Source: an uncultured bacterium
Lineage (GTDB): Bacteria; Zhuqueibacterota; QNDG01; DTFT01
Reading direction: 5' to 3'
Length of the DNA stretch: 64,000 bases
Assembly: GCA_963736115.1 (NCBI GenBank)
Contig: CAVTNR010000008.1
Span: 96,001 to 160,000 of the forward strand
The notes beneath the pieces were generated by a model. That model was not told the origin of the DNA and did not search any database. It saw only the letters and a list, made by a program, of their open reading frames with translations. Numbering within the stretch: position 1 is the first letter of the stretch; each line of letters starts with the position of its first letter. Shown here piece after piece: positions 8,659-18,789 of this stretch. Made by a program: the position numbers and the translations under genes.

Positions 8659-10146
8659 CTATTTGGAGTCCGCCCGCCGCATATCCGAATCGATTTTCTC
8701 CCGGACCCTGTCCGCGCCGCCCGTTACTCCCGGCTTCGCCGTCGACCCGGCGTTGAATTCCGCGACATCCCACCAATCGCCCGTCGTCTCGAATCGGTGC
8801 GGCCCGTAAAAGACGGGCGGCCGCCCCTCGATCTGCACCTGGACCGTCGCGTCCGAGGTGACGTCCCGGTCCAGGCTGTAGCATTTGACCTTCACCGTGT
8901 ACCGGCCCGAAGTGGCGGTCGTGGACGTGAAGGTCTCCGGCCCGAAACCCTCCTGGTCGTCGATATCCAGATATCCGTCGGAAATCGATTTGTTGCTGAA
9001 ATAGGATTCCTCGCCCGCCGGATTCCAGACGTGCAGGTCCAGGTCCGAAGTCGGCGTGTTCCAGGTCAGGGTGATCTCGATGTCGGGCGCCGCGAAATCG
9101 CCGAACACGACGAGTTCCGCGCTTTCACCCGTATTGCCGGCCGCGCTGTTGGCGCGCAGGCGGATCCGGTTCGGCCCGGACGTGATCGAGAGCGTTTCGC
9201 TGAAGGATCCGGACGACACCGTGATCTCCCGTTCAACCCCGTTGAGGGTCAGCACGGCCTTGTCGCCTGTGAAAGGCGACCGGCTGCCTGCGGCTTCCGC
9301 GAGTTCAATCATGCCCGCCAGCTGAATCACGTTGTCCGTGAAACGCGCGCTGTCCGCGGGCTGGGAGAAGGTGAATACCGGCAGGGGCCATGATGGACTG
9401 CTCAGGTCGGCGTCGATCGTGTCCGATTCGCCCGCCGCCAGATCAAATTCGACCGAGAATTCATTGTATCCGGGCAGGTACAATCTCACCGCATGGTGGC
9501 CGATGGGGACGGGGCTCACCACGGCGGGCGTGACCGCGTTCATGTTCGTGCCGTCCAGGTAGATCGAGGCGCCCGCGGGGTTCGACCGGACAGTCACGGA
9601 TCCGGGGGCCATCCCGGCTTCCCAAAGGTTGATCGGTATGGTCACCTCGTGAACGTGTTCCTCGCCGCCCATGGCGCCGGTTTCTCCCGCGTACCGGATC
9701 GTGTCGCGGCTGATGAACGCCACCACAATCAGGTTCAGGCCGATCACGCCGGAAACGGTTCCCTCCGCCCGGTCGCCGCGTATCTCGAGATTCCGGTCGG
9801 TGACCAGGGGCAGGATGGACGAATAAAAGCGTTTCCATTCAGCCCAGGAAACGGTCTGTTCGAAATCGTTCCGCTGACGGAGCTCGGTGTACCGCTGGCC
9901 CTTGGGAGAGCCCGCGAATTCGTTCCACGACCCGTAATTCGAGATGTCGAGAACCATTACGCGTACCTGTTCGATCGCGGAGGCGCGGGCTTTTTTCGCC
10001 GCGGATCCGTCCTGCCCGAGCCAGACGAAAACAGGCCGGATCCGGAAAGCGGCGGCTCCGTCCGGAGCATTCGGAGCGCGGCGTCCGCAGGCGAGGCAGG
10101 CCACGGCCGCGATCGTCAGCATCCAGAAACGTCCACGGTTCTTCAT
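8659..10146 (-). CDS. Lipoprotein with PEGA domain and C-terminal YfaP/DUF2135-like domain
   Basis: CLAC lipobox; VRSNPAGASIYLDG (PEGA); ITLTWNTPTSDLDLHVWNP...LDIDDQEGFGPE (YfaP-like). Confidence 0.8.
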   Translation of the reverse strand: MKNRGRFWMLTIAAVACLACGRRAPNAPDGAAAFRIRPVFVWLGQDGSAAKKARASAIEQVRVMVLDISNYGSWNEFAGSPKGQRYTELRQRNDFEQTVSWAEWKRFYSSILPLVTDRNLEIRGDRAEGTVSGVIGLNLIVVAFISRDTIRYAGETGAMGGEEHVHEVTIPINLWEAGMAPGSVTVRSNPAGASIYLDGTNMNAVTPAVVSPVPIGHHAVRLYLPGYNEFSVEFDLAAGESDTIDADLSSPSWPLPVFTFSQPADSARFTDNVIQLAGMIELAEAAGSRSPFTGDKAVLTLNGVEREITVSSGSFSETLSITSGPNRIRLRANSAAGNTGESAELVVFGDFAAPDIEITLTWNTPTSDLDLHVWNPAGEESYFSNKSISDGYLDIDDQEGFGPETFTSTTATSGRYTVKVKCYSLDRDVTSDATVQVQIEGRPPVFYGPHRFETTGDWWDVAEFNAGSTAKPGVTGGADRVREKIDSDMRRADSK

Positions 10147-11303
10147 CGTGACGACTCCTTCGGCCTTCGTCCCCTGCCGGTCATCGTGATTTCCGCGGTT
10201 CCGCCGATCGAAAGTCCGGTCGCGCCGACATGTTCGTCTCCGGCGTGCAGTGTGCCCTTCTCCCAGCGGGCCTCGAAGTCCAGAACCGCCCGACGGGAGA
10301 CCGGCGTGCGGATGCCCCCTCCGATTCCGACTAGACTGGCGCCTCCGGTCCCGTCGTCGTTGTCCGAAAAACGGCGGATGGAGGCGACGGCGCGCCACGC
10401 GAACGACGGGCTCACGGTCCGTCCGGCGGTGCCGGTGATCTCGAACTGGTTGACGTTCCGGTTTTTCCGCTCCAGGTCGTAGGATTCGCCGGCCCCGGAT
10501 TTGTTTTTCCCCTTCACCCGGTCCCGGACGCACAGTCTCACGTCGTACGGGCCGGCCCGGAAATCCGACCGGATCTGCAGCAGAAGACGTGTTCCCGGCC
10601 GGAAAACCCTCTCCCCTCCCCAGGTGTCGTCGCCGTACAGGGAAAGCATCGCGTCGCCGGTGAGGCGCATCTCTTTTCCCAGTACGATCGCCTCCTTTTC
10701 CGCTCCGGCCGAGACCGACACTTCCCCGCCCGGGTCGTAGGATTCGTCCACGTCCTTGAACGGCTTGTATCCGCCCTTCATCAGGCCGCACACGCCTACG
10801 CCGATAATCCACCCGTTCCATTCGGCGGCTCCGGCGGCTCCGATCTGAACGTCCGCCCCCTGGCCCAGGGTGGGGTATCGGAAGTTGAAGGCGGGCATGG
10901 CCAGAACCGACGTGACGGCGTACTCCTCGGTATTCAGGCCGCTTTTACCGGAGGGAAGGTTGACGCCGAACGTCAGGAGAATGCGATCTCTCCAGGTGAG
11001 CCAGTGACCGCCCAGTTTCATGTCCGACATTCCGGTGAGGCCGTAGTCCGCGACTGCTTTGAGAGCCCCGGATACGATCGGGGAAGACGCGGCATAAAGT
11101 CCGGCCTTCGGCCCGAGAGGGTAAAGGAAGGTCACCGGAAACGAAATTTCGGATGCGCGGTTGTCCCCCGCGCGCCACGCCTGGTAGGAGAACCCCCCTG
11201 CGGCGAGCCGTTCCGTTTGGAGCCTGTCAATCGTTGTCTGACCGAAAGCCGCGGCCGCCCATATCAGCACCGCGCACCCGGTGACACGTGCCCGTCGTTT
11301 CAT
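10143..11303 (-). CDS. Secreted protein, probable outer-membrane beta-barrel
   Basis: Signal peptide (AAAFG), Gly/aromatic-rich alternating strands, overlaps next gene. Confidence 0.6.
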   Translation of the reverse strand: MKRRARVTGCAVLIWAAAAFGQTTIDRLQTERLAAGGFSYQAWRAGDNRASEISFPVTFLYPLGPKAGLYAASSPIVSGALKAVADYGLTGMSDMKLGGHWLTWRDRILLTFGVNLPSGKSGLNTEEYAVTSVLAMPAFNFRYPTLGQGADVQIGAAGAAEWNGWIIGVGVCGLMKGGYKPFKDVDESYDPGGEVSVSAGAEKEAIVLGKEMRLTGDAMLSLYGDDTWGGERVFRPGTRLLLQIRSDFRAGPYDVRLCVRDRVKGKNKSGAGESYDLERKNRNVNQFEITGTAGRTVSPSFAWRAVASIRRFSDNDDGTGGASLVGIGGGIRTPVSRRAVLDFEARWEKGTLHAGDEHVGATGLSIGGTAEITMTGRGRRPKESSR

Positions 11304-11317
11304 GGCGGATCCCTCCC

Positions 11318-12808
11318 TCATTCCGGCGGCAGCGGGATGCTGAGTTCGAAACTGGCGCTGTTGCCGAAGGCCGGCTGCTCCTGCTCCTGGGTCGGCTTGC
11401 GCTGGTCCACGCCCGGCAGGAATCCCCGGTCGAGGAGATCCGCCGTGTCGAACATCCGGTCCACCCACGGCGCGGCCGGTGGAAGAGTCGGAGCGGACGG
11501 CCCCGGCCCGTTGCCGGACCCGGTTCCATTCCCTGCAGTCCGGGCCGCCGGAGGCGAGGATTTCGTTTCCTTCGCGGTTTTCTCCGTTGTTTCCAGCTCC
11601 GTTCCAGCCCCGGCGGTTCGGGTTTCGGCCTCGGGGCCGGTTTCGTCCCCTGGCGACCGGAAACTTCTCTCCAGATCCGCGACCGGAGTCATGGAAACGG
11701 TCAGACGGTCGGCCCGGTCGATTCCCTCCGACGCAGGTCCGTAGCCCGGATCGAGTTCCGCCGCTTTCCGGAATTCCTTTCCGGCGTCCAAATACATCCC
11801 GCGGTCCTCAAAATCGAGGCCGCGGCAATAGGCGAGGAAAGCGAGAAAGTTTTCCGTGGCCACGGGCGCGATGGCGTCGCGTTCCGCCTGGGTCGGCTGT
11901 ATGCCCAGCCGGTCCAGGACGGAGAAAACCAGGTCCTTCTCGAGATTGAAGAACGCCTTCCATTTCCCCTGCACCCGGCTGGACACGGCGGCCCTGTCCT
12001 TTTCGACGGTCACGCATCCGGCGTCCAGTCGGACCGTCTCTTTCGCGAGATCCAGGAAAGATCCCTGGATCAGCCGGGAGGCGCCCAGCAGGCGTCCCAC
12101 CCTGGGCGCTGACCCCTCCGCCACCATGCCTGAAGCGCCCAGACCCAGCTCCTCGAGCATTTTCTGCATGCGGATCCGTTCGACCACGGTCAGGGCCTTC
12201 ACCTTCGACAGGTCGGTGATCATCATGTCGGCAAGCCCCTTGCGGACGGGATCCAGATCGCGCCTTTTGCCGAGGTTCCTGAAGTACAGCACGGCGACGC
12301 CGCTGTCGGACAGCGCGGCGGCTTCGATCGACGATTCCGAGGCCAGGGCGGCTTTCGCCTCCTCCTGCATCCGAATTCGGATCAGGCGCGTCAGCCTCGC
12401 CTCGAGAAGCCCGGACATCCGTCCGCCCCGGTCCATTTCCGTGTAGCGGCGGTAGATGTCTATCGCGTGGGGATAGTCTTTCAGGGTTTCGTACAGCGTG
12501 CCGAGGTAGAAGAGGGTGCGGCCGTCCGTGGAATCCGAGACGAAGGATTCGAGCAGAAACCTGCGGGCGTTCTGGAAGTCGGGTTTACGGTAATACGCGA
12601 TGCCCAGGTCCCGGCAGACTTCGGCGTTTCCGGGGTCCTCCGCACGCGCGGTTTCGAGCCATCGAACGGCTTCTTCGAACCGGTCCTGTTTCAGGAAATC
12701 CGCACCCCGGCGGTGGGCGTTGGAAGCGGCGCAGTTTGCGAGCAGTAGCGCGATGCCGGTGACGGTAAGGATCAGGACGGAAAGGCGGATTCCATTTCGA
12801 GCGGTCAT
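11318..12808 (-). CDS. TPR lipoprotein with CsgG/HfaB/TolB-N-like domain
   Basis: LLANC lipobox, TPR helices, VAVLYFRN...GLADMMITDLSKV...VVERIRMQKMLEE...VGRLLGA. Confidence 0.78.
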   Translation of the reverse strand: MTARNGIRLSVLILTVTGIALLLANCAASNAHRRGADFLKQDRFEEAVRWLETARAEDPGNAEVCRDLGIAYYRKPDFQNARRFLLESFVSDSTDGRTLFYLGTLYETLKDYPHAIDIYRRYTEMDRGGRMSGLLEARLTRLIRIRMQEEAKAALASESSIEAAALSDSGVAVLYFRNLGKRRDLDPVRKGLADMMITDLSKVKALTVVERIRMQKMLEELGLGASGMVAEGSAPRVGRLLGASRLIQGSFLDLAKETVRLDAGCVTVEKDRAAVSSRVQGKWKAFFNLEKDLVFSVLDRLGIQPTQAERDAIAPVATENFLAFLAYCRGLDFEDRGMYLDAGKEFRKAAELDPGYGPASEGIDRADRLTVSMTPVADLERSFRSPGDETGPEAETRTAGAGTELETTEKTAKETKSSPPAARTAGNGTGSGNGPGPSAPTLPPAAPWVDRMFDTADLLDRGFLPGVDQRKPTQEQEQPAFGNSASFELSIPLPPE

Positions 12809-12995
12809 GCCTCCTCCCTTTGAACGCAGGTAATCCGTCAATATACGAAAACGGAGGTTCAAACCAAAGCCGGAAAAATGCGGCGGCCGATGGCGTTCAT
12901 TCGACCGACCCTTTTTTCACATTGCCCATGCGGCTGAAAATCGTTATATTTTCATTATTCCTTTCGTCCATTCCCACAAAACCGGAGGTTCTCCC

Positions 12996-15035
12996 ATGCG
13001 CCCGCAAATCCGAATCGGAATTCTGATCGCCTGTATCGCGGCCCTGCACTGCGGGCCCCGGTCCGGGGACGGCGCGGGCCCGGTCCGTCCGGAATCCCTG
13101 AAACAGAGAAATGAACGCATGGCCTGGTGGCGGGAGGCGCGCTTCGGCCTCTTCATCCACTGGGGCGTGTATTCCGTCCCCGCGGGCATATACCGGGGCC
13201 GGCCCGTGGACGGCATCGGCGAATGGATCATGAACAACGCCCATATTCCATGCGCCGAATACCGGCAGTACGCGAAACAGTTCAATCCGGTCCGGTACGA
13301 CCCGGACGCCTGGGTCCGGCTGGCGAAAGAGGCGGGGATGAAATACATCATCATCACCTCCAAGCACCACGACGGATTCGCCCTGTTCGATTCGAAGGTG
13401 ACCGAATGGGATGTGGTCGATGCCACGCCCTACGGAAAGGACCTTCTGAAACCGCTGGCTGAAGCCTGCCAAAGGCACGGCCTGCGGCTCGGGTTCTATT
13501 ATTCGCAGGCTCAGGACTGGAACCATGCCGGCGGATCCGCCATCGGCGGGCATTGGGACAAGGCGCAGGACGGCGACATGGACGCGTATATCCGGAACAT
13601 CGCGGCCCCGCAGGTGCGGGAGATACTTTCCAATTACGGCCCGGTGTCCGTGCTCTGGTGGGACACGCCTGAGGGCATGACCAAGGAAAGGGCGGATACG
13701 CTCCTGCCCCTGCTCGATCTCCAGCCCGGCATCATCTGGAACAACCGGCTGGGCGGCGGATACGAGGGGGATTCGGAAACACCCGAGCAGTTCATCCCAG
13801 CGACAGGATTTCCCGGCCGTGACTGGGAAACCTGCATGACCATGAATGACACCTGGGGATTCAAGAGCACGGATCGCAACTGGAAGAGCGGCCGGACACT
13901 GGTCCGGAACCTGGTCGATGCCGCGTCCAAAGGCGGCAACTATCTGCTGAATGTCGGTCCGACATCCGAGGGTTTGATACCCGAACCTTCCGTCGAGAGA
14001 TTAAAAGCCATCGGCAAGTGGATGCGGGTCAACAGCGAGTCCATTTACGGCACGCAGGCGAGCCCCTTCCTGTTTCTTTCGTGGGGACGGTGCACGCAGA
14101 AATCGGTACCCGGCGGAACCCGCCTCTACCTGCACGTGTTCGACTGGCCCGCGGACGGAAAACTGACCGTGCCGGGCATCGCCAACCGGCCGAAGCAGGC
14201 GTACCTACTGTCCGATTCCGTCAGGACGGCCCTGCCTGTCGAACGGGAGGAGGACGGGCTCGTTGTGACTCTCCCGTCCGCCGCGCCGGAACCGGACGTT
14301 TCCGTCGTGGTTCTGGATGTTCATGGGAAGCCCGAAGTGGTCTATCCGCCGGGCCTCGTTTCGGAATTCGGATCCTTCACAGATTCCATGGACGTGTCGA
14401 TCGCGCCTATCGGCCGGCGTCTCGATGTCCGATATACACTGGACGGGAGCGCGCCCTCCGCTTCCTCAGCGAAAGTGAAAGGCCCGATACGGTTACGGGA
14501 AACCACGACGGTTTCGGCGCGCGTCTTCAAGGCCGGCCGGCCGGCGAGCGGCGTGACCCGAAGTACCTTCGAAAAAGTCGCGCCAGTGCCGGCCGTGCAG
14601 CGGACCGGCGAGGCGCCGGGTCTGGCTGTTACCTGTTATGAGGGCGACTGGTCCGTACTGCCGGATTTCCGAAAAATCAAACCGGTTCGGCGCGGCACCA
14701 GCGCGGATTTCGACATCACCGGCAGGAAGACAGACGATAAATTCGGATTCGTGTTCGAGGGACTCGTCCGAGCGCCGAAAACCGGGCTGTACGCGTTTTT
14801 CACGGAATCGGACGACGGCAGCCGCCTGCTGATCGGCGGCAGGCCCGTTGTCGAGAACGACGGCCTGCACGGCATGGAGGAGAGACGGGGGGAGATCCCC
14901 CTGGAGGCCGGACTGCATCCGATACGCGTGGAGTTTTTCGAGAAAACGGGCGGCGAGGGCCTGGTCGTGTCCTGGCTTGGGCCGGGCGTGCCAAAGCAGA
15001 AGATTCCGGCGGAGGCGCTGTTTCGGGGGCGGTGA
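12996..15035 (+). CDS. Alpha-L-fucosidase GH29 with C-terminal chitobiase/FN3-like and PA14 domains
   Basis: Motifs RFGLFIHWG, TSKHHDGF, WETCMTMNDTWG, LLNVGP, VRYTLDGS, ESDDGSRL...NDGLHG. Confidence 0.93.
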   Translation: MRPQIRIGILIACIAALHCGPRSGDGAGPVRPESLKQRNERMAWWREARFGLFIHWGVYSVPAGIYRGRPVDGIGEWIMNNAHIPCAEYRQYAKQFNPVRYDPDAWVRLAKEAGMKYIIITSKHHDGFALFDSKVTEWDVVDATPYGKDLLKPLAEACQRHGLRLGFYYSQAQDWNHAGGSAIGGHWDKAQDGDMDAYIRNIAAPQVREILSNYGPVSVLWWDTPEGMTKERADTLLPLLDLQPGIIWNNRLGGGYEGDSETPEQFIPATGFPGRDWETCMTMNDTWGFKSTDRNWKSGRTLVRNLVDAASKGGNYLLNVGPTSEGLIPEPSVERLKAIGKWMRVNSESIYGTQASPFLFLSWGRCTQKSVPGGTRLYLHVFDWPADGKLTVPGIANRPKQAYLLSDSVRTALPVEREEDGLVVTLPSAAPEPDVSVVVLDVHGKPEVVYPPGLVSEFGSFTDSMDVSIAPIGRRLDVRYTLDGSAPSASSAKVKGPIRLRETTTVSARVFKAGRPASGVTRSTFEKVAPVPAVQRTGEAPGLAVTCYEGDWSVLPDFRKIKPVRRGTSADFDITGRKTDDKFGFVFEGLVRAPKTGLYAFFTESDDGSRLLIGGRPVVENDGLHGMEERRGEIPLEAGLHPIRVEFFEKTGGEGLVVSWLGPGVPKQKIPAEALFRGR

Positions 15036-15046
15036 AAGGAGGAATG

Positions 15047-15421
15047 GAACGCGGACCTTCGGCGGATGAGACGGATTTGAACGGATCAGAAATGTGGAAT
15101 AGGATAATTGTTTCAATCAAATGAATGTCATCTTCGCATTATCACAAATGTCATCCCCAGCAAAGCTGGACCAAGCTATTAGATTGATACATCGTTGAAG
15201 GCCCGCATTCTTTTAACGGGGATCCAGGGGACGGGTGCGGGATGGGAAGGAACACGGATCGCGCGGAGGGGCGGATTGGCGCGGATCGAGAATGATCAAT
15301 CGGGTAATGCATTCATTATAATCAATGTCATCCCCGCATTCTTTTAGCGGGGATCCAGGGGAGAGGTGTGGGATGGGAAGGAACGCGGATTGCGCGGATG
15401 GGACGGATTTCTCCGGATCAA
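15047..15421 (+). repeat. Duplicated ~90-bp unit (REP-like GTCATCCCCGC hairpin + CGGAT 9-mer runs); one copy carries a micro-element
   Basis: AATGTCATCCCCGCATTCTTTTA.CGGGGATCCAGGGGA...GGGATGGGAAGGAAC.CGGAT at about 15147 and 15324. Confidence 0.75.
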
Positions 15422-15495
15422 GAATGAAGAATAGAGTGATTCATTGATTTGGTTTCCCGCTGATGACGGGCAATAGCTAACGGGAGGCGACGGAG

Positions 15496-16053
15496 ATGCC
15501 GTCCGAGTGGATCATCGAAGAAGTCGAGGGGCTCTACAGCATCATCCGGCTCAAGGTTCTGCGAAAAACCGAGGGCGTGGATTTCGACATTGTCCCGATT
15601 CTCCAGATGAAAACGATCGCCGCCGTGGACCGGGTCATACACCGGTCCGGCGCGCTATCGCCCGGAAGCACGGCCGGCGTGGCGCGTCCCTGGTACATGC
15701 ACCAGAACCAGGAGGATCACCTGCTGGTCCTGCACGGCGCCAGGACCGTGGAACTCTGGTCCGCCGGGCATCCGGCGCCGGCCCGGTTCCATGTCACAGC
15801 GGAAGGCGTCCGGCGGGAAGGCGGCTCCGCCACGGACGGGCCGGCCATGCTCGCATGGCCGACCGCCGTGTTCCACCGCATTGAGAGCGACCCGGTGACC
15901 GGATCCGCTTCGCTCAATTTCGCGGTCCGTCATTCCGGTTACAGCGTGCTCACCAATTTCAACATATACGATCTGGATCCGGCGAACGGCTCCCATCGGG
16001 TGATCCGCGAAGGCCGCCTGGATCAGCCGGAGGACGTCAACCGGAACAGCTGA
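15496..16053 (+). CDS. Cupin-like hypothetical protein
   Basis: WYMHQNQEDHLLVLHG...VFHRI His pattern. GGAG RBS. Confidence 0.7.
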   Translation: MPSEWIIEEVEGLYSIIRLKVLRKTEGVDFDIVPILQMKTIAAVDRVIHRSGALSPGSTAGVARPWYMHQNQEDHLLVLHGARTVELWSAGHPAPARFHVTAEGVRREGGSATDGPAMLAWPTAVFHRIESDPVTGSASLNFAVRHSGYSVLTNFNIYDLDPANGSHRVIREGRLDQPEDVNRNS

Positions 16054-16080
16054 ATCTGTCAGCGAGCGCATTCCCCCGCG
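16052..16080 (+). repeat. Truncated left end of repeat family A
   Basis: GAATCTGTCAGCGAGCGCATTCCCC matches 53890 and 60262. Confidence 0.65.
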
Positions 16081-16523
16081 ATCCCGTTCCGGCCGGCCTG
16101 CGGTAGTAATCGTCCTCACTGTATATTCCGTCCGGAACACGCTCTCGTTCGCGCTCCCGGTCCGGCCGCGGTCTTCCTGACGGCTGAGCCGCGTTTCCCT
16201 CTTCTTTCTCTCGTTTCTCAAAACGTACCCAAAAATTCCAAATGTAAAAAATCGTGAAACATCGTCACAGCGGTCCCGTATATGCCTCTGTACCAGGAGG
16301 CTGATATGGCGACTGTCATCCGACAAATACTGAGAAACGACACCGAACACCGCTGGTTTATCATCACGCTGATGTCCGATCCGGCCAGCCGGTTCCAACC
16401 GTCCGGCGATTCCGCCGATCGCTCGCCGTCCGACCCTCCACAGATCAAATCCCATTGCGAACCATTTCAGGATCATCCCGTTCCATCGGGGAACGAAACC
16501 ATTCACCCGGATAGGAGGAAACC

Positions 16524-16907
16524 ATGAAAACCGGAAAAATCACGCTGATTCTGGCTGCCGTTCTGCTGGCTGTCGGAGCCGCCTGGGCGGACACGCCCGC
16601 CACAGCGGTCGCCTCTCAGGAAAAGGGCATCGGCAAGGTCGAAGGGCTGATCGTCGACGCCCAGACCGGACAGGCGGTCCAGGATGTGTACGTGGCCATA
16701 GACGGCTGTCTCAATGCCGCCATGACCAACGAGCGGGGCCAGTTCTTCATTCAGGAGGCTCCGGCCGGAACCTGCATGATGAAAATCGCGAAGCGGGGAT
16801 ACAAGCCCGTGGATATGCAGGTGCAGGTGGAAAAGAAGAAAAAGAACGTATACACCGTGCGCATCAAGGAAGCTCCGAAAGCGGCTCCGGTCGAGGAACA
16901 GTCCTGA
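16524..16907 (+). CDS. Secreted carboxypeptidase-regulatory-like domain protein
   Basis: Signal peptide (AWA), G.VEGLIVDAQTG...TNERGQFFI...GYKP, AGGAGG RBS. Confidence 0.8.
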   Translation: MKTGKITLILAAVLLAVGAAWADTPATAVASQEKGIGKVEGLIVDAQTGQAVQDVYVAIDGCLNAAMTNERGQFFIQEAPAGTCMMKIAKRGYKPVDMQVQVEKKKKNVYTVRIKEAPKAAPVEEQS

Positions 16908-16922
16908 GCGGAACTGGCGACT

Positions 16923-16956
16923 AAAGTGCCGGGTCCCTGCAAGGTGCCCGGCACTT
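16923..16956. repeat. REP-like palindrome AAAGTGCCGGG...GGTGCCCGGCACTT
   Basis: Second copy at about 17460-17494 and a half copy at about 17053-17067. Confidence 0.6.
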
Positions 16957-17162
16957 CCAGGCGTTTTCAGGTCTACACTGTGCGCCGCACTTTAAAGGGA
17001 TATCCGTCACCCCGGCTTCGGCCGGGGTTTTTTATGGCCGGATCGAAAGAATGTGCCCGGCACTTCCAAACACATCCGGACGCTTGATTTGAGGGACGGG
17101 CCGCAGTATATTAAGACGGAAGCAACAGCAGCATTTCATGAAGGCAATTGAAGGAAGGAGGC

Positions 17163-17456
17163 ATGATGGGTTACGCGGGAGCGGGAGCCAGTACTGCGGC
17201 GGCTCAGGCCGCCATCGCCCAGGCCGTACGGGCATCGGGCGCGATCGTCCGGGTCAAGCCGGAGGCGTTTCTGAAGATCCTGTCGCGTTCCGAAGAGCCG
17301 CTAATCGTCACTGCGCCCGGAGGCGTCTTCAAAAAGCACTTCCAGTACATGACCGGATACAAGGGATTGATATTTCACACCCAGTCCCCTGAGCCGCTGT
17401 CTCTACCCATGCGCGCCGAAACCGTGGCCGCTGAAAAGATCTGGATTCCCGCGTAA
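17163..17456 (+). CDS. Small hypothetical protein
   Basis: AAGGAGG RBS and a natural-looking 97-aa product. Confidence 0.7.
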   Translation: MMGYAGAGASTAAAQAAIAQAVRASGAIVRVKPEAFLKILSRSEEPLIVTAPGGVFKKHFQYMTGYKGLIFHTQSPEPLSLPMRAETVAAEKIWIPA

Positions 17457-17475
17457 GGAAAAGTGCCGGGCATCT

Positions 17476-18639
17476 TCAAGGTGCCCGGCACTTTTCGATG
17501 CGGTCCCGGAAATCCCGCAGAAAACCCCGCATCCGTTCCATGGACGCGGCCGGCAGATCGAACGGCCGGTAATTCTCCAGGTAGTGGGGGATGGGGAGGA
17601 TCACGAAGCGGTTCGACCAGACTCCGGCCTGCGCGGCGCCCTCGAGAGCCGGGGACCAGCGGTCGAACACCCAGACGGGTACGGCATCCATGTGTTCCAG
17701 GGACCGCACGCATTCACCGGATTCCAGCCACTGCCGTTTCAGCGTGAAGCTGAAGATCATGCCGCCGTCCCGGTTCGGTGTACGCTGATTGGATATGAAG
17801 TTCCCGAGCGAATACACGACCAGCCGGTCGGCCGTCCGGCCCCGCCTGTCCGTGCGCCTCATTTTTTCCCACCTCTGTAGCACGTGCGGATGCCCTCCGA
17901 GTACCACATCCGCTCCCTCATCGAATAGGAAACGGGTCCACCGGATCTGGCTGGAATCAGGCTCCGTCCGATATTCCGCGCCGACATGCAGAATGGCCAG
18001 GATGAAATCAGGATCCGCGGCTGCAGCGAAACGCATGTCCGATGCGATCGTTGCCGAATCCAGGACGGACACGACGCACCCGGCCGGTATCTTGCCGTTG
18101 GTGCCATAGGTGTAGGAGACAAAGGCGAGCCTGATGCCGCGGCATTCGACGAACTGCACGCTGTTCCGGACGTAATCGGAGGAGTCTCGATATGTGCCGA
18201 CATGCCTGAGGCCGAGGCTGTCCAGCACATCCAGAGTGCGGATCATGGCGTCACGGCCCTTGTCCGGGCTGTGGTTGTTCGCCGAGTTGAGCAGATCGAA
18301 ACCGGCTTCCTTCAGGCCGCGGGCCAGATCGTCAGGCGCGCCGAAGGCGGGGTAGCCGGAGTACCGGTCCTTCCGCCCGGGGAGAGTGGTTTCGAAATTG
18401 CCCACCGCGATGTCCGCGGCGGATACCAGATCCTGCACGTAACGGAACACGGGTCCGAAATCGTATACCCCGCGGGTTTCGTCCCAGGCTGCCTGAAGCT
18501 GGCTGTCGTGCGCCATGATGTCGCCAACCGCGGCCACGGTGACACTATCCGCGTTTCCGCCTTCCCGGAACCATTTTTGGCCGGCCAGCGGGGCTGCGGC
18601 CAGGAGCGCGGCGTATGCTGTCAGTAGAAAGAGTCGCAT
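17476..18639 (-). CDS. CapA family metallophosphoesterase-like protein
   Basis: Motifs AVGDIMAH, GNFET, ANNHSPD, SYTYGTNG, GGHPHVLQ, YSLGNFISNQ. Confidence 0.9.
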   Translation of the reverse strand: MRLFLLTAYAALLAAAPLAGQKWFREGGNADSVTVAAVGDIMAHDSQLQAAWDETRGVYDFGPVFRYVQDLVSAADIAVGNFETTLPGRKDRYSGYPAFGAPDDLARGLKEAGFDLLNSANNHSPDKGRDAMIRTLDVLDSLGLRHVGTYRDSSDYVRNSVQFVECRGIRLAFVSYTYGTNGKIPAGCVVSVLDSATIASDMRFAAAADPDFILAILHVGAEYRTEPDSSQIRWTRFLFDEGADVVLGGHPHVLQRWEKMRRTDRRGRTADRLVVYSLGNFISNQRTPNRDGGMIFSFTLKRQWLESGECVRSLEHMDAVPVWVFDRWSPALEGAAQAGVWSNRFVILPIPHYLENYRPFDLPAASMERMRGFLRDFRDRIEKCRAP

Positions 18640-18789
18640 TTCAGTTAATTTAAGATATCCGATCGACCGAATCAAGAGCGGAACTCCCGTTAGCCGAAGG
18701 ACCCGCCTTCGGGAGGTCCGTCTTTTCCCTCGCATCGGTCCAGGTTCCATTCGGTTTGCTTTCAATCCGGCAATTCATTATATTACTTC

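Noticed and set aside
10147-10821. N-terminal extension of the 720-aa ORF
   Set aside because: It overlaps the upstream gene in another frame; the real start is ATG 10146 with RBS and lipobox.
16282-16527. Small ORF with GGAGG RBS before ATG 16306
   Set aside because: Possible, but the product is low-complexity and unrecognisable, so there is insufficient support.
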